Source: an uncultured Bacteroidota bacterium (GTDB lineage: Bacteria; Bacteroidota; Bacteroidia; Chitinophagales; Chitinophagaceae). Taken from it: DNA of 64,000 nt. This document shows positions 11,008 to 21,391 of the stretch, piece after piece (within the stretch, counting starts at the first letter, position 1; each line of letters begins with the position of its first letter). Made by a program: the position numbers and the translations under genes. The DNA lies in the NCBI GenBank assembly GCA_903819975.1, contig CAIJFI010000013.1:1025-65024 (forward strand). The letters run 5' to 3'. The notes beneath the pieces are model-generated. The model saw nothing but the letters and a program-made list of their open reading frames with translations. It was not told where the DNA came from and ran no database searches.

Positions 11008-12498
11008 TTAGTTCAATTTACTGTGTTTGCGGCTATATACAAAGTATACAACCAAGCCTAAAGCCATCCATGCGAATGCTACTTTAAGCGTTTGAACGTC
11101 CAATGCAAAAATCATAGCAAGACAAATAATAGCTCCTAAAATTGGTACTAATGGAACCAATGGAGTTTTAAATGGTCTTTCCATTTCTGGTGATTTTCTG
11201 CGTAAAATCCAAACGCCTAAACTTACTAATACAAAGGCAAATAAGGTACCAAATGACGTTAAGTCACCGGCAACGCTACCTGGAACGAATGCTGCGAAAG
11301 CACCAACAAATACAAATAAGATCCAGTTTGATTTGTATGGAGTACGGTACTTAGGGTGTAAGTCCGAGAATGCTTTTGGTAATAAACCGTCGTTTGCCAT
11401 TGAGTAGAATACACGAGACTGACCCATTAACATTACTAAGATAACTGAGCTGAAACCAGCTAAGATAGCAACAGTCACTGCTGTAGCCAACCAACCGTAT
11501 CCAGTCATATAAGTAGAAATAGCATAAGCAACAGAAGCTTCACGACCTTTTAAAGGATCTACAAAGTCAGTCCATGGCGCCACACCAGTTAATACGTGAC
11601 CAAATAAGATGTATAAAATAGTACACACCACTAAAGATCCAAGAATACCAATTGGCATATCTCTTTTTGGATTCTTAGCTTCTTGTGCTGCAGTTGAAAC
11701 GGCATCAAAACCAATAAAGGCAAAGAATACAATTGCAGCTCCACCTAATACACCACCCCAGCCGTGCTTAAATGCACCTGAGTAGTCTGCGATAACCTTG
11801 CCAGCACTGTCTAATACAGGAGGTTGGTTTGCAGGAATCAAATATGGAGTATGATTTTCTGGACGAATAAACTGCCATCCAATAATAATAAATATAATTA
11901 CAATTGCTACTTTAATAAATACGATGATTGCATTTACAATAGCAGATTCTTGCGTTCCTTTAATTAACAATAAAGTCAACAATAAAAGAATAATTAAAGC
12001 TGGAGCATTCATGATACCATGGTGTAATATACCAGCCGTATCCGTAACACTTTCAAAAGGAGAGTGGCTCCATTCATAAGGAATGCTTCCTCCCAGCAGC
12101 TTGTTTAAATATTCACTCCAAGCAATAGATACAGTTGCTGCACCCAATGCATATTCCATAATTAAAGCCCAACCAATAATCCATGCAACAGTTTCTCCCA
12201 TTGTTACATAAGAGTATGCATAAGCACTACCAGAAATTGGAATCATTGCTGCGAATTCTGCATAACATAAACCAGCAAATGCACAACCAACGGCAGCTAC
12301 AATAAATGACAATGTAACAGCTGGTCCTGCAGCTTGTCCTGCAGCAGCTGCAGTTCTAACGAACAATCCAGCTCCAATGATGGCGCCAACTCCTAAGGCA
12401 ATTAAATTACCTGCACCTAATGTGCGTTTCAAACCTTTTCCACCATCCTCGGCTTGAGCTAACATGGCAGCAAGGTCCTTTTTTCTAAATAAACTCAT
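11008..12498 (-). CDS. APC-family amino acid permease
   Basis: GVGAIIGAGLF, FFAFIGFDAVST, AQEAKNPKRDMP; about 12 TM segments. ATG 12498 preferred. Confidence 0.93.
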   Translation of the reverse strand: MSLFRKKDLAAMLAQAEDGGKGLKRTLGAGNLIALGVGAIIGAGLFVRTAAAAGQAAGPAVTLSFIVAAVGCAFAGLCYAEFAAMIPISGSAYAYSYVTMGETVAWIIGWALIMEYALGAATVSIAWSEYLNKLLGGSIPYEWSHSPFESVTDTAGILHHGIMNAPALIILLLLTLLLIKGTQESAIVNAIIVFIKVAIVIIFIIIGWQFIRPENHTPYLIPANQPPVLDSAGKVIADYSGAFKHGWGGVLGGAAIVFFAFIGFDAVSTAAQEAKNPKRDMPIGILGSLVVCTILYILFGHVLTGVAPWTDFVDPLKGREASVAYAISTYMTGYGWLATAVTVAILAGFSSVILVMLMGQSRVFYSMANDGLLPKAFSDLHPKYRTPYKSNWILFVFVGAFAAFVPGSVAGDLTSFGTLFAFVLVSLGVWILRRKSPEMERPFKTPLVPLVPILGAIICLAMIFALDVQTLKVAFAWMALGLVVYFVYSRKHSKLN

Positions 12499-12626
12499 AT
12501 TGTTATTTTTATAAGTTGAAAAATAGCACTTTTTTCGCAAAAAAGCACTCATTTTTTATGAATAAACGGCCATTTATTGGGGTAACTTTTTGTGACTTAT
12601 GTCTTATATTGCATATCTAACAGCTT

Positions 12627-13874
12627 ATGAAAAATTCAAATAAACTTACTCTGTATATAATTATTGCCATGTTAGCTGGTGCTGCTTTGGGCTATTTTAT
12701 ACATGAAAATTACGAGCAGTCTACAATTGATGTATTCTCAAAAAACATCAAACTGCTAACCACTATATTTTTGAGGTTAATCCAAATGATTATTGCTCCG
12801 TTGGTTTTCACAACTTTGGTTGTGGGTATTGCCAAATTGGGGGATATCAAAACAGTAGGTAGGGTTGGAGGCAAAGCACTGCTTTGGTTTGTAACGGCTT
12901 CCTTGGTGAGTTTATTAATTGGGCTTGTACTAGTTAATTTACTTAAGCCAGGTGAGGGTATTGCTTTATCTAATGCAGACATTAGTGGCGCAAAGGATTT
13001 AATGGGTAAAACACAAGCCTTTAGTTTAGGTGGTTTTATCGAGCATGTATTTCCTAAAAGTATGTTTGAAGCATTAGCCAATAATGAAATTTTACAAATT
13101 GTAATATTCAGTATTTTCTTTGGTGTAGCAGCTGCCGCAATGGGCGATGCCGCAAAAGGATTAATTAAAGCATTAGATAGCGCAGCACACATTATTCTTA
13201 AAATGGTGGGTTATGTAATGAACTTTGCGCCATTAGGCGTTTTTGGTGCATTAGCTGCGGTGATTGCAACCAAGGGTTTAGCAGTATTTATATTTTATGG
13301 TAAATATTTGTTTTATTTTTTAATAGGAATTGGGGTTTTATGGATAGTATTAATAACAGTTGGCTTTATTATTTTAGGAAAGCGCATGCCTTCTTTAATC
13401 AAGATAATTTCAAGTCCTTTAATTATTGCTTTTAGTACTACAAGCAGTGAAGCAGTATTTCCTAAGCTAACCGAAGTATTAGAAAAGTTTGGGTGTAAGG
13501 ATAAGATTGTGTCTTTTATTTTGCCACTGGGTTATTCATTTAATCTTGATGGTAGTATGATGTATATGACTTTTGCAAGTATGGCAATTGCGCAAGCTTA
13601 TGGTATTCATTTAGACATTGGAACACAGTTAACTATGTTGGTGGTATTAATGCTTACAAGCAAAGGTATTGCTGGTGTGCCACGTGCATCTTTAGTTGTT
13701 GTTACAGCAACTTGTGCAATGTTTCATATTCCTCCAGAAGGAATTGCATTAATCTTGCCAATCGACCACTTTTGTGATATGTTCCGTACAGCAACTAATG
13801 TGTTGGGCAATAGCTTAGCGACAACAGTAGTAAGTAAATGGGAAGGTGAATTAGAAACTCCACAACAAGCATAA
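12627..13874 (+). CDS. Dicarboxylate/amino acid:cation symporter (DAACS, GltP-like)
   Basis: AFSTTSSEA, PLGYSFNLDG, SKGIAGVPRAS, DMFRTATNV motifs. Confidence 0.93.
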   Translation: MKNSNKLTLYIIIAMLAGAALGYFIHENYEQSTIDVFSKNIKLLTTIFLRLIQMIIAPLVFTTLVVGIAKLGDIKTVGRVGGKALLWFVTASLVSLLIGLVLVNLLKPGEGIALSNADISGAKDLMGKTQAFSLGGFIEHVFPKSMFEALANNEILQIVIFSIFFGVAAAAMGDAAKGLIKALDSAAHIILKMVGYVMNFAPLGVFGALAAVIATKGLAVFIFYGKYLFYFLIGIGVLWIVLITVGFIILGKRMPSLIKIISSPLIIAFSTTSSEAVFPKLTEVLEKFGCKDKIVSFILPLGYSFNLDGSMMYMTFASMAIAQAYGIHLDIGTQLTMLVVLMLTSKGIAGVPRASLVVVTATCAMFHIPPEGIALILPIDHFCDMFRTATNVLGNSLATTVVSKWEGELETPQQA

Positions 13875-13884
13875 ATAATTTAAC

Positions 13885-14553
13885 ATGTCCATTTTACTAG
13901 ACGCATTTCATTGGAGTCAATTGTTGCAACCACAATATTATATAGAAAATGGAGGGCTGTGGTTGTTGCTTTTAGTTGTATTTGCGGAAACGGGTTTATT
14001 CTTTGGATTCTTTTTACCTGGAGATAGCTTGTTATTTGTAGCTGGGATATATAGTGCACCACTGGCTGCGCAAATCTTTCAATCTCAAAACGAATGGTTG
14101 AATTTGTTTATCATATTTAGCTTCATCTCTGCCGCAGGAATTATTGGTAATTATGTGGGCTATACCATTGGTAAAAACGTAGGTCCTGCAATGTATGATT
14201 GGAAGGAAAATATGTTCTTTAAAAAGAAGTATTTAATTCAGGCACAGGAGTTTTATGAAAAGCATGGAGGACGTGCTATTGTGATTGCGCGTTTTATTCC
14301 AATTGTAAGAACTTTCGCACCAATTGTTGCTGGTATAGTAAGAATGGAAAAAAAGAAATTCGTGTATTTTAATATTGTTGGAAGTTTGGCTTGGGTGGCA
14401 AGCATGTTATGTGCAGGCCATTTTTTACAAGCATGGATTTTAAATAATTTTCAATTTGATTTGAAAAAACATTTAGAAGTAATTGTGTTAGGAATTGTTT
14501 TTGTGACTACCGTGCCAGTTATTATCAAAGTTGTTACTCATAAATCTAAATAG
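13885..14553 (+). CDS. DedA family membrane protein
   Basis: FAETGLFFGFFLPGDSLLF; RFIPIVRTFAP. Confidence 0.93.
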   Translation: MSILLDAFHWSQLLQPQYYIENGGLWLLLLVVFAETGLFFGFFLPGDSLLFVAGIYSAPLAAQIFQSQNEWLNLFIIFSFISAAGIIGNYVGYTIGKNVGPAMYDWKENMFFKKKYLIQAQEFYEKHGGRAIVIARFIPIVRTFAPIVAGIVRMEKKKFVYFNIVGSLAWVASMLCAGHFLQAWILNNFQFDLKKHLEVIVLGIVFVTTVPVIIKVVTHKSK

Positions 14554-14562
14554 CGTTTTACT

Positions 14563-15813
14563 ATGACCACCAATCGCCAAATTGGATTATTATCATTGCC
14601 TGTATTTGTGGCAGCCCTGGGATATTTTGTTGATGTATACGATTTATTACTATTTACCATAGTGCGTCAACCAAGTGTATTAGCTGTTGGAGCAACCGCC
14701 GAAACAATCATTGTAGACAGTGCTCATATTATTAACTGGCAAATGTCAGGTTTATTAATTGGTGGCATTTTATGGGGTGTGATTGGAGATAAAAAAGGCA
14801 GATTAAAAGTATTGTTTGGGTCTATTATGCTTTACTCTATTGCTAATATTTTAACATCTTTTGTTCATAATGTAGATCAATATGCTTACTGCAGATTTGT
14901 TGGAGGAATTGGTCTGGCTGGTGAGCTAGGGGCAGGTATTACATTGGTGTCGGAAATGCTTCCTAAAAATAAAAGAGGTCTTGGCACAAGCATGGTTGCG
15001 GGTATTGGATTGTTTGGCGCTGTGTTTGCTTATTTTACTTTTCAATACACAAAGGATTGGAGACTGTGCTACCAAATTGGTGGTGTACTAGGTGTGTTCT
15101 TGTTAATATTGCGTATTAGAGTTGCAGAGTCATTCATGTTTGAATCTGCTAAATTGGCAAATATTGACAAGGGAAACTTTTTTCAATTTTTCACCAATAA
15201 GAAAAGATTTTCAAAATACATTAAAGCAATTTTAATTGGCTTGCCAACTTGGTTTGTGATTGGAGTGCTCGTTAATTATAGTAACAAATTTGCTACAGGA
15301 CTTTATGGCGTAAACTTAATTGATTCTGGACGCTCTGTGATGTTTGCATATATAGGGATTGCCATAGGCGATTTAGTAATTGGATATGTGAGTCAATACT
15401 TTAAAAGTCGTAAAAAAGCATTGTTGTTATTTTATAGTTTAAATACGGTAGCAATGATTTTGTTTTTCTCCGCATTTAATCAAAATGACGATAGGATGTA
15501 TGCCATTTGTGGGCTATTAGGATTTAGTACTGGTTATTGGGCCATTTTTAATCAAATGGCTGCTGAGCAATTTGGTACCAATTTAAGAGCTACTGCCGCA
15601 ACTACCATCCCTAATATGGTGCGTGGTGCTTTGCCTTTGATAAACTTTTTATTCTTAGATATTTTACAGAAAAAAGCGGGGTGGACCATTGTTCAAAGTG
15701 GTATACTAACTGGCGCAATTGTAATGAGTATAACTATTGTTGCATTTATTTTTACCGAAGAGACTTATCATAAGGACTTGGATTATTTAGAATTAGATAA
15801 CCCACTTCCATAG
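14563..15813 (+). CDS. MFS transporter
   Basis: GDKKGR loop motif, GLAGELG, EQFGTNLRAT; 12 TM segments. Confidence 0.9.
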   Translation: MTTNRQIGLLSLPVFVAALGYFVDVYDLLLFTIVRQPSVLAVGATAETIIVDSAHIINWQMSGLLIGGILWGVIGDKKGRLKVLFGSIMLYSIANILTSFVHNVDQYAYCRFVGGIGLAGELGAGITLVSEMLPKNKRGLGTSMVAGIGLFGAVFAYFTFQYTKDWRLCYQIGGVLGVFLLILRIRVAESFMFESAKLANIDKGNFFQFFTNKKRFSKYIKAILIGLPTWFVIGVLVNYSNKFATGLYGVNLIDSGRSVMFAYIGIAIGDLVIGYVSQYFKSRKKALLLFYSLNTVAMILFFSAFNQNDDRMYAICGLLGFSTGYWAIFNQMAAEQFGTNLRATAATTIPNMVRGALPLINFLFLDILQKKAGWTIVQSGILTGAIVMSITIVAFIFTEETYHKDLDYLELDNPLP

Positions 15814-15878
15814 CTTTACACTAAGTAGTAATAAGCTGCTTATGTCTAAAACTAATAACTTATTATTGAGCAGATTAT

Positions 15879-16910
15879 ATGCGATTACTTTTTATCCGTT
15901 TTTCTTCCATTGGTGACATCGTATTTACCACTCCAGCTATACGCGCTGCAAAAATGCAGTTGCCTGGGGTAGAAATTCATTTTTTGACCAAGTCATCCAT
16001 GAAAGCTGTTACAGAGGCCAATCCGTATATTGACAAGTTTCATTATTTAGATAAAGATGTATTGTCTACTATTTCCGAATTAAAAACTATTGGATTTGAT
16101 TATGTAATTGATTTGCATAAAAACTTTAGAACCTATAAAATTAAAAAAGCATTAGGAGTTCCTTCCTTGACTTATAAAAAATTATCCTGGCAAAAATTAT
16201 TGCTTACAAAATTACATTGGGACTTTATGCCTATGCGTCACATAAGCGATAGGTGTCTTGATACACTTGCTTCATTAGGTGTAGTAAATGACGGTAAGGG
16301 CTTGGATTATTTTGTACCATCAACTATCCATCTTGCTGCTTCTGCATTACCTGCTTCTCATAATGATGGTTATATTGCTTTAGTAATTGGAGCTTCTTTT
16401 GCTTCTAAAAAATTACCTATTGCCCAGTTGCAGGATTTATGTATACAACTTAAATACCCTGTAGTTTTAATAGGAGGGAAAGAAGATGCAATGGAAGGAG
16501 AGCAGGTTGCTTCGGGTGATCCAATAAAAATATTTAATGCCTGTGGCAAATTTAGTTTGCATGAATCTGCTTTACTAGTGCAACAATCCAAGACCGTTAT
16601 TTCTCATGACACTGGCTTCTTATATATTGCTTGTGCTTATCATAAAAAAACTGTTGCAATTTGGGGCGCTACGTCGCCAGCGTTACAAGTAGAACCTTAT
16701 TACCCAATAACAAATGCGTCTACCGATAATATATTAAATATTGGAGCTAGCGAAATGTACTATAATGCGATTGTTCCTAATTTGCCATGTCAACCTTGTT
16801 CAAATTATGGCACTAAGCAATGCCCTCAAGGACATTTTGCTTGTATGCGTCAACAAAATATTGGAGCGATTGCTGCTAAGGCAAATGGGTATTACGAAGA
16901 GGCTAACTAA
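15879..16910 (+). CDS. Glycosyltransferase family 9 (heptosyltransferase-like)
   Basis: RFSSIGDIV, SHDTGFLYIA, C-terminal CQPC…C…C motif. Confidence 0.9.
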   Translation: MRLLFIRFSSIGDIVFTTPAIRAAKMQLPGVEIHFLTKSSMKAVTEANPYIDKFHYLDKDVLSTISELKTIGFDYVIDLHKNFRTYKIKKALGVPSLTYKKLSWQKLLLTKLHWDFMPMRHISDRCLDTLASLGVVNDGKGLDYFVPSTIHLAASALPASHNDGYIALVIGASFASKKLPIAQLQDLCIQLKYPVVLIGGKEDAMEGEQVASGDPIKIFNACGKFSLHESALLVQQSKTVISHDTGFLYIACAYHKKTVAIWGATSPALQVEPYYPITNASTDNILNIGASEMYYNAIVPNLPCQPCSNYGTKQCPQGHFACMRQQNIGAIAAKANGYYEEAN

Positions 16911-16959
16911 TTAACTAACTAACTTCTGATACTTTTTTAACTTAGTTATCATTAAATTA

Positions 16960-16989
16960 AAAATGCCCCGCAAAAGCGAGGCATTTTTA
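16960..16989. terminator. Bidirectional terminator between convergent GT9 and mdh
   Basis: aaaaatgccccgc-aaaa-gcgaggcattttt. Confidence 0.8.
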
Positions 16990-17016
16990 TAAACTCTATT
17001 TTAAAACGAGATTGAA

Positions 17017-17946
17017 TTATAAAGTTTTCAATACATCGTTCATGTTTCTTACAGCATCTGCGCTCTTGTTGAAAGCTGCTTGCTCGTCTGCAGATAAATC
17101 CATTTCAACAATCTTTTCCCATCCGTTCTTGCCTATTACTACAGGGACGCCTAAGCAAATGTCTTTTTGACCGTATTCGCCGTCTAAGCTAACGCAACAA
17201 GTAAATAATTTTTTCTCATCACGTACAATGCTTTCAACTAATGCAGCTCCTGCAGCACCTGGTGCATACCATGCAGATGTACCCAATAATTTAGTTAATG
17301 TAGCACCACCCACCATTGTATCATTGATGATAGTTTGTTGTTGATCTTCGCTTAAGAATTTAGTTACTGGGATGCTATTCCAAGTTGCATGCTTAATTAA
17401 AGGAATCATAGTAGTATCACCGTGACCACCTACAACCAATGCATTTAAATCCGCTGGACTGCAATTTAAAGTAGTGCTTAATTGATATTTGAAACGTGCA
17501 CTATCTAAAGTACCACCCATTCCAATAATTCTATGTTTAGGTAAACCTGTAGATTGCAATGCTAAGTATGTCATTGTATCCATAGGGTTACTAATTACAA
17601 TTATAATAGCGTTTGGAGAATGCTTTAAAATGTTTTCGCAAACACCTTTAACAATACCCGCGTTGGTTCCAATTAATTCTTCACGAGTCATCCCTGGCTT
17701 ACGTGGTAAACCTGAAGTGATAACAACTACATCAGAATTTGCAGTTTTAGAATAATCGTTTGTGCTACCAGAAATTCTAGTATCAAAACCTAACAATGCA
17801 GCAGTCTGCATCATGTCTTGTGCTTTACCTTCGGCAAAACCTTCTTTAATGTCTAATAATACAAGTTCACTAGCTAATTCTTTACGAGCAATATTGTCTG
17901 CACATGTTGCGCCAACTGCACCTGCTCCAACAACGGTAATTTTCAT
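17017..17946 (-). CDS. mdh: Malate dehydrogenase (LDH-like)
   Basis: GAGAVG; ITSGLPRKPGMTREEL; SNPMD; GGHGD. Confidence 0.96.
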   Translation of the reverse strand: MKITVVGAGAVGATCADNIARKELASELVLLDIKEGFAEGKAQDMMQTAALLGFDTRISGSTNDYSKTANSDVVVITSGLPRKPGMTREELIGTNAGIVKGVCENILKHSPNAIIIVISNPMDTMTYLALQSTGLPKHRIIGMGGTLDSARFKYQLSTTLNCSPADLNALVVGGHGDTTMIPLIKHATWNSIPVTKFLSEDQQQTIINDTMVGGATLTKLLGTSAWYAPGAAGAALVESIVRDEKKLFTCCVSLDGEYGQKDICLGVPVVIGKNGWEKIVEMDLSADEQAAFNKSADAVRNMNDVLKTL

Positions 17947-18003
17947 ATAATGTCTATTTTTAAATAATGGTTTATTTTTTACGGGGCAAAGTTATGCTTT
18001 TCC

Positions 18004-18537
18004 TTAATTGCCTTGGGTAATTTTAATCAGTTCATTTGGTTCAACGCCTTGATCCCAAACCTTAACAAAGTTCCCTTTTTCATATAGGGCAACAAAAGGG
18101 GTCATTCTAGGTCTAAAAAAGGTAGGAATAGTGAATGAAGGGTCACGGCCAATAATTACATTAGGTTGACCCACAAGGCCGTATTTAGCTGCAAATTTCT
18201 TAATAGCATCCATATCTCGGTAGCTATCCCAAATAAATAATATGTTCTTTAACTTGTCCGCATTTTTGTTCAATTCGCCTGCTTCGTGTTCGCAATGAGA
18301 GCAGTCTGGGCTAAATATAATAATACAAGTGTATTTGTATTTAGAAGGTAAGTCCTTATTTGTAATTTCTTTACCCTCAACCGAAGTGATGCTAAATACT
18401 GGCAAATGCTTATCCTTCATATATGGAGCACTTGGATCTACAACAGGAGCCTGAGGAGCAGCAACTGCTTGTGCATTTGCCTTAGGGGTACTTAATATAC
18501 TAGCAATTCCAACTACAAAAAGAAATACATATTTCAT
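18004..18537 (-). CDS. Exported thioredoxin-like/redoxin protein
   Basis: Signal peptide; FSPDCSHC (CxxC); cis-Pro MTP. Confidence 0.8.
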   Translation of the reverse strand: MKYVFLFVVGIASILSTPKANAQAVAAPQAPVVDPSAPYMKDKHLPVFSITSVEGKEITNKDLPSKYKYTCIIIFSPDCSHCEHEAGELNKNADKLKNILFIWDSYRDMDAIKKFAAKYGLVGQPNVIIGRDPSFTIPTFFRPRMTPFVALYEKGNFVKVWDQGVEPNELIKITQGN

Positions 18538-18565
18538 ATTGTTAAATTTTTATTCTGTTTTTTAT

Positions 18566-19336
18566 TTATTGTTTGTCTTCCAACATTCTTTGTGTTTTTG
18601 CGTCCTGCAAAAAGTCGGAAGCAAAAATAAAGTTATTTAATAGTTCATTTTGACAATAGATGATATCCTTTTTACTTCCTTCCCATTCTTTGTGCCCTTG
18701 GTGTAGATATAAAATATAATCGCCAATTTCCATCACTGAATTCATATCATGCGTTACCACAATTGTAGTAATATTAAACTCTACGGTTAGTTCGTGTATT
18801 AATTTATCAATGACCATTGATGTTTGCGGGTCCAAACCTGAATTAGGTTCATCACAGAAAAGATATTTAGGATTCAATACCAGTGCGCGTGCTAAGCCCA
18901 CTCTTTTTTTCATACCACCACTAAGCTCGGCAGGGTATTTATTATTTACACCTTCCAAATTTACTCTAGCTAAAATTTTATTAACCTTATCTAGTTTCTC
19001 CACTTCGGTGAAATGTGAAAACATGTCAAGCGGGAATTTTACATTCTCTTCTACTGTCATGGAATCAAATAAAGCATTGCCCTGAAATAACATGCCAATA
19101 CTATTGCGTAAATCCTTGCGTTGCTCTTTGGACATTTGAGCAAACTCCACACCGTCAAAAAATATATGTCCTTGGTCGGGTTGAATTAAATCAACAATAC
19201 ATTTTGTCAATACCGTTTTGCCACTACCGCTTGCGCCAATAATCAAATTACACATACCTGGTTTAAACTGGGCAGAAATATCTTGCAAGATAACTCTGTC
19301 ATCAATTTTTTTCCCGATATGTTTAATTTCAATCAT
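18566..19336 (-). CDS. mlaF: ABC transporter ATP-binding protein, MlaF-like
   Basis: GASGSGKT, LSGGMKKRV, FCDEPNSGLDP; LFQGNALFDSMTV typical of MlaF/Ttg2A. Confidence 0.85.
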   Translation of the reverse strand: MIEIKHIGKKIDDRVILQDISAQFKPGMCNLIIGASGSGKTVLTKCIVDLIQPDQGHIFFDGVEFAQMSKEQRKDLRNSIGMLFQGNALFDSMTVEENVKFPLDMFSHFTEVEKLDKVNKILARVNLEGVNNKYPAELSGGMKKRVGLARALVLNPKYLFCDEPNSGLDPQTSMVIDKLIHELTVEFNITTIVVTHDMNSVMEIGDYILYLHQGHKEWEGSKKDIIYCQNELLNNFIFASDFLQDAKTQRMLEDKQ

Positions 19337-19337
19337 G

Positions 19338-20555
19338 TTATTTAGTTAATGGAACTTGAAGTGATAACAAATCTTCAAAACTATCTCTTCTGCTAATTAG
19401 TTTTGAAACTCCGTTTTCAAATATTACCTGTGCTGGCTTGTATCTGGCATTGTAATTACTTGCCATCTCATATCCGTATGCGCCGGCATTATAAAACACT
19501 AAAAAGTCGCCTTCGTTAATTGATGGGATAGATCTATCCCAAGCAAATGTATCCGTCTCACAAATATTTCCTACCACTGCATAATGTTGCTTAGCAGCAT
19601 CGGGGTTGCTAATGTTGTCAATATGATGGTAAGAATCATAAAACATAGGTCTGATTAAATGATTCAAGCCAGTATTAATACCTGCAAATTGTATATCGCC
19701 CGATTGTTTAAGTACGTTTACTTGCGTCACAAAATAACCACATTCACTTACCATATATTTGCCAGGTTCGAACCAAGTTGTTAAAGAGCGGCCATATTTT
19801 TCGGATAAGCGTTTCATTGCTTTATCTACTTCGGCACCTAATAATGGAATATCTGTTCCTTTTTCGTCAGGCTTGTATGGCACTTTAAAACCACCACCAA
19901 AATCTAAAACATTAACAGTAGGAAATTGATCTAATAAAGTGTCAAACACATCTGCTGACTGAATAAAAACACTAACGTCTTTAATTTCACTTCCTGTATG
20001 TATGTGTAAAGTGGCAATATTAATATTGTACTTTTCTTGAATCGCTTTTAGTTCGTTTAGTTGTGTTACTGGAATTCCGAATTTACTTTTATCGTGGCCA
20101 GTTGAAATTTTTAAATTACCACCTGCCATAATATTTGGACGAACACGTACTCCAATAGGGTAGCTGTTGCCAAACTTCGCACCAAATTTTTCTAAATTAG
20201 ATAAACTATCAATATTCACATTAATACCTAAACTTACTGCTTCACAAATTTCATCAAAGCTTACACTGTTGCTAGTATATAAAATATTTTGAGGAGTAAA
20301 TCCAACATGCAATGCCAATTTAGCTTCATTAATAGAGCTGCAATCTACGTTACAGCCAGCTCGTTTAACAACATCTAAAATATGGATATTAGTAAGTGCT
20401 TTACATGCATAAAAAAAGCGCGTATTGTTAGAAGAAAAATGAGTTAACAAATTTTGATATTGGCTCACAATCTTTTCTGCATGGTACACATATAATGGTG
20501 TGCCATATTCAGTTGCAGCAGCTTTTAATTGATCGTAGGATAAACTTGACTTCAT
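19338..20555 (-). CDS. lysA: Diaminopimelate decarboxylase
   Basis: FYACKA (PLP lysine), SKFGI, HIHTGSE, FEPGKY, VGNICETD, AGAYG. Confidence 0.93.
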   Translation of the reverse strand: MKSSLSYDQLKAAATEYGTPLYVYHAEKIVSQYQNLLTHFSSNNTRFFYACKALTNIHILDVVKRAGCNVDCSSINEAKLALHVGFTPQNILYTSNSVSFDEICEAVSLGINVNIDSLSNLEKFGAKFGNSYPIGVRVRPNIMAGGNLKISTGHDKSKFGIPVTQLNELKAIQEKYNINIATLHIHTGSEIKDVSVFIQSADVFDTLLDQFPTVNVLDFGGGFKVPYKPDEKGTDIPLLGAEVDKAMKRLSEKYGRSLTTWFEPGKYMVSECGYFVTQVNVLKQSGDIQFAGINTGLNHLIRPMFYDSYHHIDNISNPDAAKQHYAVVGNICETDTFAWDRSIPSINEGDFLVFYNAGAYGYEMASNYNARYKPAQVIFENGVSKLISRRDSFEDLLSLQVPLTK

Positions 20556-20644
20556 TACACGAAGATACAATTAGAACTAGGTTCGGTAATTATATCAGCT
20601 GTATAATTTTAGAAAAAAAGGATAAGCGTAAATACTACTAAGTG

Positions 20645-21379
20645 TTATTCCACAGGACTTTCGGGAGTAGCATCCTCCTGGTTGGATTCTGCTTCGTAAT
20701 CGCCAGTTTCCTCTGGAGCATTTGGAGTTTCTTCCTCCTCGCGTGCTTCAGCAGCTTCCTCAGAAACTTGTTCGTAAACGCTATTGTCAGTAAAATCTTC
20801 TGGCTTAATTACAGTTGCTTCTACTATTTGATCGGCCAATACTTCTTTGATTTTTGGTAAATCGTCGGTAGAGTTGATTCCGAAGTAGTCCATGAAGGTT
20901 TTAGAAGTAGAATATACCAATGGTTTACCAGGTAGTGTTTCGTTACGACCACTAATAACAATCAATTCCTTTTCCAGCAATTTCTGGATAGAATAATCGC
21001 TATTCACACCTCTAATTGCTTCCACTTCACCCTTAGTGATTGGTTGCTTGTATGCGATAATAGCTAAGGATTCTAAAGCAGCATTCGAAAGACGCTTTAA
21101 GAATTTATCGCCATTTAATTGAGCAATAGTTTTATGGAAATCAGGCTTTGTCAAAAACTGCCAACCGCCTCCGCTTTGTTTTAATTCAAATGGATAAAAC
21201 TCGGTTGCATATTTTTCTTGAATGCCATTTAATGCACTCTCTACTTGATCTAATTCAATACGCTCTTCTAAGAATCCAAAGGCATTGTTAATTAATTCAG
21301 TTACGTCGTTTGCGCTTAAAGCTTTATCGCTTGCAAAAATTAACGCTTCAATATGAGGAATGATTTCGCTTATTTCCAT
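20645..21379 (-). CDS. scpB: SMC-Scp complex subunit ScpB
   Basis: IEALIFAS, LESLAIIAYKQPITKGEVEAIRGVNS, YSTSKTFMDYFGI; acidic tail. Confidence 0.93.
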   Translation of the reverse strand: MEISEIIPHIEALIFASDKALSANDVTELINNAFGFLEERIELDQVESALNGIQEKYATEFYPFELKQSGGGWQFLTKPDFHKTIAQLNGDKFLKRLSNAALESLAIIAYKQPITKGEVEAIRGVNSDYSIQKLLEKELIVISGRNETLPGKPLVYSTSKTFMDYFGINSTDDLPKIKEVLADQIVEATVIKPEDFTDNSVYEQVSEEAAEAREEEETPNAPEETGDYEAESNQEDATPESPVE

Positions 21380-21391
21380 AATAGGTAGTTC